Positions 53,035 to 64,000 of a stretch of DNA of 64,000 nucleotides are shown here, one piece after another. The notes under the pieces are model-generated. The model saw nothing but the letters and a program-made list of their open reading frames with translations, searched no databases and had not been told where the DNA came from. The position numbers were made by a program, and so were the translations under genes. Numbering within the stretch: position 1 is the first letter of the stretch; each line of letters starts with the position of its first letter. The stretch is from Octopus bimaculoides (lineage: Eukaryota). The DNA lies in NCBI RefSeq assembly GCF_001194135.2, contig NC_068983.1, forward strand, positions 72,876,203 to 72,940,202. Reading direction: 5' to 3'.

Positions 53035-54452
53035 AATCCAGATGCATTATCATCAATTTATTTAGCTTACACATGTTTCAAACAGCATGGCACAACAGAA
53101 GTTATGCACTTTGCAGTATGCACATTTAATTAATCCTTCTGTTGGTTGACTAAATTGCGAGAGATACAGAGCATGTAGCTGCCATGCCATTCTTTTCAAT
53201 GCTTCTGCTAAATTTTGTATACATTGGGATAATGTAGAAAGGGTAATAAATTCCAAACTGCTGTCTCCATTTCATTGTCCATGTCCATATCATGGGCAAG
53301 GGGCAGTCTCTTTTTCTTCATTTAATGACAGTTACTACTTGTATGTATCTTGTTAGACTTGTAAGTTAATCTGGGATGTCATTAAGTGCAACTTAATTCA
53401 CAGCAGAAGACAATGAATTTAATAGAACTATAAAAGAAAATCAGTATCTAATAAAAATATGCTTTTCACTGTTGAAGGAATTTATATTAGGTAAAAATTA
53501 ATAAAAAAAGAATAAATTATACACTCACATATATACACACACACATGCATACACACTCTTACTTATCATGATACAAACTTACATCAAATTTGTAAAATTT
53601 TTTAAGAAAAGAATATCAAAACTTTAATTAAAGTGTAAGACAATGTTTGGAAACAGGAAACATTAAAATATGATATAGTGTCTCAACTATTAATTTTAAT
53701 ATCTGTCAGTTTGTGGATGATTTAGTACATTATTATATATGTTAATCCCTATAATGAAGTATATGCTACAGGGATTAACATAAAATATACTAATCATCTG
53801 CAAACTGACATATTAGAATTAATTGCTTTGTCAATGTATTATATTTTAATGTTTCCTCTTTCCCATTCTGTTTTAACCTTTGATTAAATTTTTAATATTT
53901 CTTGCTTTAGAATTATAGAAATTCATGATTAGTAAGAGTGTGTATGTATATATATAGATAGAGAGAGAGATGTGTTGGTGTGTGTATGCATTTATACAGT
54001 ATGTGTGTGTATGTATGACATTTCATTTTTATGTTATGTAATTCTACTTAATATAGATTACTCCAACAACCAAATGCATATTTTTCTTAGTAGATACTGA
54101 TTTTCTTTTATAGTTCTAGCAAATTCTTTTTGTCATTAAGATGCACTTAAGAGAGACTAAATTACAATTTTTTCTCGACAAGATATATCTATTAGTTGCC
54201 ATTAAATTAAGAGAAAGATACCACCTTTTGCCTGTGACATGGACACTGAATAATAAAATGGAGACAGTGGTCTGGAATTTATTGCTTGCAAACTCCTTCT
54301 ACATTATCTCAATGTATACAAAATTTAGCAGAAGCATTCTTTGTAAAGAATAGTCGATCAAATGAAAGGTTGATTAAATGCGCAATGCCAGCATTGTGCC
54401 ATGCTACTTGAAATGTGTAGGCTAAATAAATTGTTGATACTGCATCTTGATT
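53035..54452. repeat. Long imperfect inverted repeat / foldback palindrome (~700-bp arms, 13-nt loop at 53754-53766)
   Basis: The reverse complement of the left arm aligns colinearly with the right arm from the centre (gttaatccct/agggattaac) out to aatccagatgca/tgcatcttgatt. Shared blocks include tagaactataaaagaaaatcagtatcta and caatgtatacaaaatttagcagaagcatt. Confidence 0.93.
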
Positions 54453-55346
54453 TGTTATGGTAGTATAGTAATAACAGGTGAGAAAATGCTTTAAATGTTG
54501 TCAGTATAATGGTACAAAATGAAGAAAGATTGGTCAATGCTTAAAAGATTATTCTTTAAATACAGATGTATGGTATATGACATATTTCCAAATAGAAGTT
54601 TGTAAATCATTTCCAATACAAGACCTATAACAATACCAAAAGAAAAAAAGATTATCTATGTAAAAGGTTGTTTTTTTCCCTTTTTTTAAGGCAGATTTAA
54701 CAGGTACTTCTAGCCTCATAGATATTCCTTCATTCATGTATATGCTCACTTGTTAATGTTAATATCATAATAGCAAATGTATGTGCCATATGTGTTTGTG
54801 TGTTAGTATGTATGCAAGTATACATGTTTGTGTGTGAAAACACTACAATCTCAACAACTGTTCTTTAGAAACAATTGTATTATAAGCTTGTTTGTCTTTT
54901 TTTTTTTTAACTGAAACTAATTTATTTGAAAATTTCTTGTCAAAAGCAATCTATAGGCACAAAAAATTATACAATGTTTAATTAAGAAGCGAGATTAATT
55001 TTTTAAAATCGTTGCCCTCCCTATATTTCCCTTTAAATTAAAATTATTACATTTGTAAAGAGGGAAAAAACGTAAATCAATCTAGAATCACTATGTTACA
55101 ATGAATGATTTCAATATAAAATTACACTTTATTCACTTGAGTCACCTGAAGCAGAGCCACCAGACACCAATAATAACCGATTGTCAATTAAGGATCTGTT
55201 ATAAACCCATATTCTTGTTAATTTCAAAATAAAGATACTCCATAAAATTACTTAACCCTTTAGCATTCAGATTTCTCTGTCAAATGAAATGCTAATTTAT
55301 TCACATTGTTTTGAATTAATAATCATGCAGTACTTCTACCCTCACA

Positions 55347-55734
55347 CTCTTTTACTTGTTTCAGTCATTTGACTGTGGCCATGCTGGAGCACCGCCTTTA
55401 GTCAAGCAAATCGACCTCAGGACTTATTCTTTAGAAGCCTAGTACTTACTCTATCGGTCTCTTTTGCCGAACCGCTAAGTGACGGGGACGTAAACACACC
55501 AGCATCGGTTGCCAAGCAATGTTGGGGGGACAGACACACGAACATATACACACACACACATATATATATATGACGGGCCTCTTTCAGTTTCCGTCTACCA
55601 AATCCACTCACAAGGCTTTGGTTGGCCCGAGGCTATAGTATAAGACACTTGCCCAAGGTGCCATGCAGTGGGACTGAACCCGGAACCATGTAGTTGGTAA
55701 GCAAACTACTTACCACACAGCCACTCCTGCGCCT
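55347..55734 (-). mobile_element. SINE family A, full length
   Basis: Reverse-strand match. Confidence 0.9.
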
Positions 55735-56221
55735 ATAGATATTCCTTCATTCATGTACATGCTCATTTGTTCATGTTGATACCATAATAGCGAATGTATG
55801 TGCCATACATGTTTGTATGTTAGTATGTATACATGTTTGTGTCTGAGATTTCAATGATGTGATTGCTCTTTTTTAGAATAATATTGTAGGTTAAATGTGA
55901 GAGACTGGATCTGGTCAGTTTGAAGATAAAAAAAAAGGTAGATTATTTTGGCCAGATATAGCTGGTTTAAATGCTAAAAGGTTAACAGAAAAATAGTCTG
56001 TTGGGAATGGTTAAGCTGAAGGGAATTATTCAATCAGCTAAAAATTTGTTACCAACCATTCAAGTCATTGTGTGAGAAAGAGATGCTTTTAGTTTTTAAA
56101 CAGTGCTCTGCCATTACAAAACTACCCTCTCCATGTACTCTAATGTCAGACAAGTTTCTTTACTCCCCTCTGTGTACATTCATTTCTCAGACGGTGCAGT
56201 TGTTTGAGTTGTCTGCATTAA

Positions 56222-56374
56222 CCCTTTCACATTCAGATCACTCTGTCAAATGTAATGCTTATAGATTCCCATTGTTTATTTTAGAGTAGGTGTGAGAGGC
56301 AAAACCTGGCTGGCTTGGACATAAAAACAAATACAATATTTGGGATGGATATGGCCTTTTTAAATGCTAAAGGG
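56222..56374. mobile_element. piggyBac-type MITE (second family, internally deleted)
   Basis: TTAA|CCCTTT ... AAAGGG|TTAA; relatives at ~35985-36128, ~46330-46650, ~55256-55330 and ~55850-55985. Confidence 0.7.
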
Positions 56375-56583
56375 TTAATGTAAATAGGGAAGAAATCATA
56401 GAGAAAAGTAATTTTTGAGTAGAAAGATTTGAGAAAACTTTAGTTCAAGGTTTAGCGGTGAGATATTGATGTTGTTGTTGTTATTGCTTAGCCCCAGATT
56501 AGTCTTACTTTAACAGATCCTATGATCAAAGATGCTCCAGCCACGTTCATGTTCTGTCTTTTGTTTAGATATAGTGTATCTAG

Positions 56584-56930
56584 AGTGGAGGCGCAATGGC
56601 CCAGTGGTTAGGGCAGCGGACTCACGGTCATAGGATCGCGGTTTCGAGTGTTTATTGAGCGAAAACACCTGAGGCTCCGGCAGGGGATGGTGGCGAACCC
56701 TGCTGTTCTCTTCCACCACAACTTTCTCTCACTCTTACTTCCTGTTTCTGTTGTGCCTGTAATTCAAAGGGTCAGCCTTGTCACGCTGAATATCCCCGAG
56801 AACTATGTTAAGGGTACACGTGTCTGTGGAGTGCTCAGCCACTTGCACGTTAATTTCATGAGCAGGCTGTTCCGTTGATCAGATCAACTGGAACCCTCGA
56901 CGTCATAAGTGACGGAGTTCCAACAACAAA
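56584..56930 (+). mobile_element. SINE family C, 11-bp TSD
   Basis: TSD agtgtatctag at 56573-56583 and 56931-56941; (CAA)n tail; older relative at ~23650-23930 (-). Confidence 0.9.
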
Positions 56931-57136
56931 AGTGTATCTAGGGTTACTTATCCAATGCTAGTCCCTTTCTAAATAGTTTAAAAGTTGAGGGAAATTTAGC
57001 TGCTATTACTAGTGGATCAAACATTCATGTAGAGCAAGGGTGGGGAATCCCCTCCCCCTTATAGTCAAAACTTTGCCCACATTCAAAATAAAACCTTTCC
57101 ATTAACATAAAACCCATTTGTGAAAAAATAGCTTAA

Positions 57137-57354
57137 CCCTTTAGCATTTAAATTGGCCATACCTGGCCCAAATATCGTATCCATTTTACATTCAAACTGG
57201 CCAGATCCAACCTTTCACACCTCCCCTACAATATCATTCGAAAAATAAACAATGACATCATAGAAATCTTGAAGCTACAAAATTATGCATGACCAATTCA
57301 AAATTATGCGAATAAATAAGCATTCCATTTGACAGAGTAATCTGCACAACAGGG
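57137..57354. mobile_element. piggyBac-type MITE
   Basis: TTAA|CCCTTTAGCATTTAAA ... AGGG|TTAA; same family as 56222-56374 in the opposite orientation. Confidence 0.7.
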
Positions 57355-57846
57355 TTAAGCCTTAATACCAAAACAGTAATTTAGGTCATGTGTCTATGTA
57401 TTTGTAAAATTAAATATTCGTTCTTTTTCTTGGTATAAATACTGCAAAGCATTTTTTTCCCAATCCTTATAATTCTGCTGATCTACTGCCCATTAACATC
57501 GACAAAGAATGACTGGGGGAAAATTACCCAAGAATGCATTTGGCATCAAGGCTTTGGCATGTACTGATAAGATTATGTTACTGAGAAGATCAAAACATGT
57601 CAAGAGTTTTCACTATATTTAATAAAGATTAGATTCACTCACTGCTACATGTCCCGTTCATTTTTTCTTTTATTAATTTAGGAGTAGTTGTCCCTATGAG
57701 ATCCAAGGCTTGCTTGTTCACAATGCACCTACCCTTACTCACACACACCACTATATCAGATACCTTTCTCTTATTTCTCTACCCCAACAAGTAAGTGGAG
57801 ACCTTACTAGCTGGGGCAAAGAAAGTAATTTAGAAAGTTTTTTATT

Positions 57847-58233
57847 GGTGCAGGTGTAGCTGTGTAGTAAGAAGCTTACTTTCCAACCACATGCTTCCAG
57901 GTTCAGTCTCACAGTGTGGCACCTTGGGCAAGTGTCTTCTACTATAGCCTCGGGTCAACCAAAGCCTTGTGAGGGGATTTGGTAGACAAACTGGTAGAAG
58001 CCTTGTGTATATATATATAACTCTGTGTGTGTCTGTATACTACCCCCGCCACCCGCCAATCACCACTTGACAACCAGTGTTGGTGTTTATGTGTCTGCGA
58101 TTTAGGAGTTCAGCAAAAGAGATTGATAGAATAAGTATTAGGCTTAAAAAATAAGTCCTGAGGTCAATTTGACTAAAATCCTTCAAGGCAGTGCTCCAGC
58201 ATGGCCACAGTCAAATGACTGAAACAAAAAAGA
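57847..58233 (+). mobile_element. SINE family A
   Basis: Head, core and tail match the family. Confidence 0.85.
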
Positions 58234-59202
58234 ATTGGTCTTAGTGAAAAAAAATCAAATCAGACCTGAAGGTCATTATTCTATGGCAACAACTTACCTC
58301 AAAAGAACTGTTTAGACTACAATAATGAAAAAACCTGTTATAAATGTTGTAATAAATGGCAAATAAATAAAAATTTATGAATATTAAACCATTAAGAAAG
58401 CAGGATGAACTTTCAAATACAAAAGACAAATAGAACAAATGAATGGAGATGCTGTTACAGTAAGAAAGTAGAAACACTGTTGGTTAATTTAGGAAATTTC
58501 AAACCATTTCATTAAGCAGTGAGACAAATACAAAAAAATAAACAGAATGACTCCAGCTCATGTCAAATGATTTAGAAAGTAAATCTTATAAAGTGGAATA
58601 AATTCAACATCTTGATGTGTGTCTCTCATTCTCCATCTCTTTATCTATCTATGCCAGAGAGAGAAAGAAAGATTGTAGCAACTACTTCATTTCAACTTTC
58701 TACCTTTCTACAACTTCTTTCGTGATACACAGCAGCATGTGATTTGAGGGAGATTTGGTGGTTATTTTATAGAATAAATGTACAAAACTTCCTTGAGGTG
58801 GTAAATAATTGTGTATCTGGTTCATAGTTTCTGAATACATACATACACATGCATATACACACACATGCACGCACACTCACACACACACATACATGCTAAA
58901 GAGATTATAATGTAAATTAAAAATTATTTTGCCTCTTAATAATGGCCATTTTAGGTGTTGTAAGCAACAATGAGTAACAATGTTAAACATCTGCAATTTG
59001 TTTGAAATGGTTAATAAAATGGAATATTACAGAACACAATTGAAAAATATTCATTTTATTTTGGCAAAATACGATTACACCCACACACATTCATGCATAC
59101 ACACACACAGCTGACACCCAGTTATACAACATATACATAGACAAGAACACACACACACATGAACTTACATACATATATAAATATGTGTGTGTGTGTGTAC
59201 AC

Positions 59203-59244
<42 letters not shown>

Positions 59245-60969
59245 CATGCATGCAAGGAGCAGACAGTCACTATATATAAACTCATCTTCACAGGCCTATC
59301 TTGAAAATGGCTATAAACCTGTGTGGTAAAAAAAAAATGAGAATTTAAATAGCAACAAAAATAAATGGTAACCAGTATCTCTCTTTCCACAGACACATTT
59401 GATTAAATCTTTCAACACACACACACACACATATTCTGTAGAATAGGGTGACAGAGACAGCAAGAAAAAGTAAAGAGAAATAATACATATACAGATACAT
59501 GTATATTTCTATTAAATTTGTCTACTGTTAAAAAACTTTCTATATGTTTGCATCTTTATTCATATGCGTAGCTACATACATTTATTTATAATCACAACAC
59601 ATGTACATTGTGCATACACATACAATTGCACATGTTCATACACATGCATACATTTATACACACATCAGGTATAAATGTGTATCGATAACATATATATATT
59701 TTTAAATCAGTTATTGATGTGTGGGTGTTTATGCATTTTTGAAGTGAGGAAGTATTTCAAAAGTTTTTTGACGTGTGTCTTGCCACCATTATAGGTTGTG
59801 ATAGCTTATTATTATTTTTGGTGCTGAATTTAGTCAGAGCCTATTATTACTATGACTGATATATTTCAATGAGCTTCCATGATTCAGGTGTAGTCAAGCG
59901 GTTACTACTCTCCTATCAGAGTAACGCTTCAATGAAGATGAAAATGCCAGAGTGGAGGAGCAAGATGGTGATGACGAACAAAAATAAAAAGACAAATAAA
60001 TAAAGCTAAAATATGAATTATGGAAAATATTAAAAGGAAATTAGAAAACTTTAATATTTTCATAATGATTTTTAATAGTGAGTATAAATGACTGAAACAA
60101 GTGTTTAGTGGACAATCAATTTAGTGGTTGCTAGTTCATATTCTATCAACAGTAGCTTTTTTATGCTGTGAAAGTCAGCTTTAGTTGAGAAAACCTACAG
60201 TATATAGGTAGTTAATTCAATGTATAGGTAAAACCCATAGATCCTACCTAGTTGAGAGCTACACTGTGCATTTGCCATGCAGAAGATAATTATATGTAGT
60301 GCAGTGCTGCAGTTTGGTGGATGAATTTTCTTCTTAGTCCAGTGTGTTTCTATATGTCTCTTATTATAGTTATTGTTTAAGATCTAGGTAAACTCTGATC
60401 AAATAGATCTATGAGGAAAGTGTTTCAACTATAACCAACCATCTTATTTTTTTTGAGACAATGTATCTAAGGCTACATTATCCAGTGTTCTTATTTTTTA
60501 AGACAGTAAAGGTGTGATTCAAATGAGAATTGGATGCTATTTCTCACCAGTCAAGCTACCATGTAAAGTCTCTCTTATTAGCTCAATTTTATATCTGTAG
60601 AATCTGGTGGCAATCAAAATGGATTCATTCTAAAGACAACTGTTGTTTCTCTGCACTTATCATTGGAGCACCAAACAATTTTGTGTACATTACTCAAAAT
60701 ATCTCATTCTCCAATAGATTATTCATTGACCTAAGAATAAAGGATAACTAATCACTATTTACAGTAACAGCACAGATAAATTGATGAGCGTTTCATTAGC
60801 CTGCACAGATGAGTTCAATTCTTTGAGTGAGTGCTGCTGTAAGATAACTTAGGTATCACTGGTCTCTTCTACAACAGAACCAACCACTCATTGAAGGATA
60901 TCAAGGAAATCTATTCAATTATTTGACAAAAGACAGGTCAAGAAAGGATCAAATTTTCTTTGCTATAAA

Positions 60970-62245
60970 TAATAATGGTTTGAAATTTTGGCACAGGGCC
61001 AGTAGCTTATTAGGGGAGGGGGAAGTCAATTACATTAACCTCAGTACTTGACTGATATTTGTTATCAACCCTGAAGTGATGAAAGGCAAAACCAACCTCA
61101 GAACATATAGACAAAATGCTTAGCATATCAATGATTGTGCCAGCCTGCTACCTTTTTAATAAAAATAATAATAATCCCTTTCTACTATAGACACAAGGCC
61201 AGAAATTTGGGGGGAGGGGGTAAATTAATTACACCAACCCCAATGTTCAACTGACCTCAAAAAGATGAAAGGCAAAGTCCACCTCAGTGGCATTTGAACC
61301 AAGAATGTAGAGACAGATGAAATGCTGCCAAGTATTTTGTCCAGCATACTAACCATCCTGCCAGCTTGCAGTCTTAAATAATCCTTAAATAATTACTTTG
61401 CCTTTCATCTTTTTGAGGTCGATGAAAGTCCCAGTTACACACTGGGGTTGATATCATCAACTAATCCCCTCCCTGCAATTTTCAAGCCTTACACCTTTGG
61501 TGGGAGGGGACTGGTTGATTACATTAACCCCAGTGTGTAACCGGTACTTGCATCAACCCAAAAGAGATGAAAGGTAAAGTGGACCTCAGTGGAATTTAAA
61601 GTCAGAACAGATGAAACACTGCTAAGCATTTTGTCTGGCATGTGAAGAATTCTGCCGGCTTGTGGCCTTTCACTACCTTAAATAATAGTAATAATACCTA
61701 AATACCAAATCTAATAATTTGTAAAAAGCGACCCTGTGAGACCCTTGATAATAGAATTAACAGGAGCAAGTAAGATCAAGAGCTCTGAGAAGTAAAATAT
61801 AACAATATTATTATTAATAAAAATAATTATAATAATAATAATCCTTTTTTACTTAAGGCACAAGGCCTGATATTTGGGGGGAGGGGAGTAGTTGATTATA
61901 TTGACCCCAGTATTTCACTGATACCTAATTTATCGACCCTGAAAGGATGAAAGACAAAGTCAATCCCGGTGGAATTTGAACTCAGAACATAGTGACAGGT
62001 AAAATACCACTAAGCATTTCATCCAGCATGTTAATTATAATAATAATAATAATGTTTCTAATTTAGGCACAAGGCCAGCAGTTTTGGGAAGAGAAGTTAG
62101 TTGATACTATTGACACATTAATTGACCAGTACTTTATTTTATAGACCCCCAAAAGGATGAAAAACAAAGTTGACCCTGGGAAGATTTGAACCCAGAATGT
62201 AAGGAATCAAAAGAAATATCACAAGGCATTTTGTCTGATGCAAGG
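60970..62245 (-). mobile_element. Cluster of ~5-6 SINE family B copies, mostly minus strand, with (AAT)n spacers
   Basis: Repeated ggcacaaggcc...ggggagggg...gatgaaaggcaaagt...ctcagaac units. Confidence 0.8.
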
Positions 62246-62369
62246 CTATAAAGTTATGTGTGGAAAGAAGTAAATGGATCAATTTAGGAGACTAAAAGAT
62301 TATGTTATCTTCAGTAGGATAGGAACTTAAAATCTTAATGTATGAAACTGCACACTGTGTGTCATTCAA

Positions 62370-62625
62370 ATCATCATCATCATCGTTTAACGTCTGCTTT
62401 CCATGCTAGCATGGGTTGGACGATTTGACTGAGGACTGGTGAACCAGGTGGCTACACCAGGCTCCAATCTGATTTGGCAGAGTTTCTACAGCTGGATGCC
62501 CTTCCTAACGCCAACCACTCCGAGAGTGTAGTGGGTGCTTTTACGTGCCACCGGCACAAAGGCCAGTCAGGCGGTACTGGCAACAGCCACGCTCGAAATG
62601 GTGTATTTCGAGCGTGGCCATTGCC
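62370..62625 (-). mobile_element. RTE-type 3' fragment
   Basis: (CAT)n start followed by family sequence. Confidence 0.8.
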
Positions 62626-63653
62626 AGTTCATTATAATAATGTTACATCTTTCTGTGATGGTGATAATTACAGTAAATGTTCATTATATTTCATAAGTGG
62701 ACCTTTAAGATCATATCACTCGAGGTTGTTTTAATATTTTACTAACTCATTTAAATGATTTAGAAAATGTAAAACCTAAACAGCAACAGAGGAAAGGTTT
62801 CTGTTTGTACACTACTTTGTATTTATGCGTAAAAATGCAGCAACAGAACACACACTTCTTGAAACTTTATTTATGTTCCAATAACTTGTTACAATAAATG
62901 ATAACCCAAAGGTGTTCCAGCAATTTAATATCTATGCAATTTATATAAAGATTTTCTATTTTTTATTTAATGATTTTATATTAAATAATATTTATTGTAC
63001 AATTAATTGTTGTTTTTTAATTGAAAAAATTTACCAGCTCCCTAAATGTGGAATGTTCAACACATAAAACCCCAAAGACCATTTTGTAACGAAAGGTAAT
63101 ATAAAAAAAGGTTAACAAAGTTTTTTAAAAATTCCTATTTAAGCATTTGTTCTTCTATAACAGAACATAACCAAAAACTAATAAATAAATGATTTGGTAT
63201 AGTTTATCATTATAGATTATTATTTTCATTTCTCAATATCATTGTTAAAAGCATATAATTAACTTATTAAGCGCGAATTGTAGATAAACCTTCTTTCTTA
63301 AGTAATTCAATACAAAAAGTAAACAAAAATTCTATTATTTATTTGAAAGTTTTCAGAAAAGAAATTAATTAATTGAGATAACAGTCTTTTCCACTACAAG
63401 AGACAAACAAGATACAAAAAGCCAAATATTTATGAGATATAGCAAGAAACATAGAATTTCCAGTGTTGTAAACTTAGGAATTTAAAGGACCATTCGAAAA
63501 AAAAATTAATAAAAAATAAAAAATTCAAGGGTGGTGCTCAAGAAAGCAAAGTTATTTTTTAACATTCCAATTTATTACTAGTATCATTTTTGAATATGCT
63601 ACCTTCCTCATAGATAACCCTAAAGAAAGGTCAGTGCATTTTATAAACAAGAT

Positions 63654-63826
63654 AGGCGCAGGAGTGCCTGTGTGGTAAGTAGCTTGCTTACCAACCACAT
63701 GGTTCCGGGTTCAGTCCCACTGCGTGGCACCTTGGGCAAGTGTCTTCTACTATGGCCTCGGGCCGACCAAAGCCTTGTGAGTGGATTTGGTAGACGGAAA
63801 CTGAAAGAAGCCCATCGTATATATGT
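63654..63826 (+). mobile_element. SINE family A 5' half, interrupted at its microsatellite by an RTE-type element
   Basis: Near-consensus head and core, followed directly by (CAT)n. Confidence 0.85.
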
Positions 63827-64000
63827 ATCATCATCATCATCATCATCATCATCGTTTAACGTCCGCTTTCCATGCTAGCATGGGTTGGACGATTTGACTG
63901 AGGACTGGTGAAACCGGATGGCAACACCAGGCTCCAGTCTGATTTGGCAGAGTTTCTACAGCTGGATGCCCTTCCTAACGCCAACCACTCAGAGAGTGTA
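63826..64000 (-). mobile_element. RTE-type 3' fragment, runs off the window
   Basis: (CAT)n start followed by family sequence. Confidence 0.8.

Noticed and set aside
53062-53256. ORF (-) MEFITLSTLSQCIQNLAEAL... and its mirror ORF 54141-54353 (+)
   Set aside because: Both lie in the foldback arms. Indels shift the frames between arms, and there is no recognisable domain or splice context.
59240-59330. Possible minus-strand acceptor (ttttttttaccacacAG) followed by a short frame FIAIFKIGL*
   Set aside because: No upstream partner exons could be found and there is no recognisable homology.
59890-59990. Acidic-looking + frame (FNEDENARVEEQDGDDEQK*)
   Set aside because: There is an in-frame stop immediately upstream and no compatible splice partner.

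Overview
AT-rich, repeat-dense animal genomic DNA with N gaps. The SINE/RTE repeat landscape and microsatellite density suggest an octopus (coleoid cephalopod); this is inference. The main gene is a + strand WDCP (WD repeat and coiled-coil containing, C2orf44) ortholog. I traced 14 phase-consistent coding exons by hand from 1 to 51882 (about 661 aa). The 5' end lies upstream of the window and candidate poly(A) signals are at about 52194-52203. A clean, frame-preserving 75-bp candidate cassette exon (378-452) would insert 25 aa into the conserved LPQG-CxWxP motif. Introns are packed with at least three tRNA-derived SINE families, RTE-type LINE 3' fragments, CR1-like remnants and several TIR/MITE families. 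The most unusual structure is a ~1.4-kb imperfect foldback (53035-54452; ~700-bp arms, 13-nt loop) just downstream of WDCP. It is a candidate long-hairpin RNA or ADAR substrate. No second protein-coding gene could be supported. All alignments and similarity judgements were made by eye, and homology is from recall rather than database searches.
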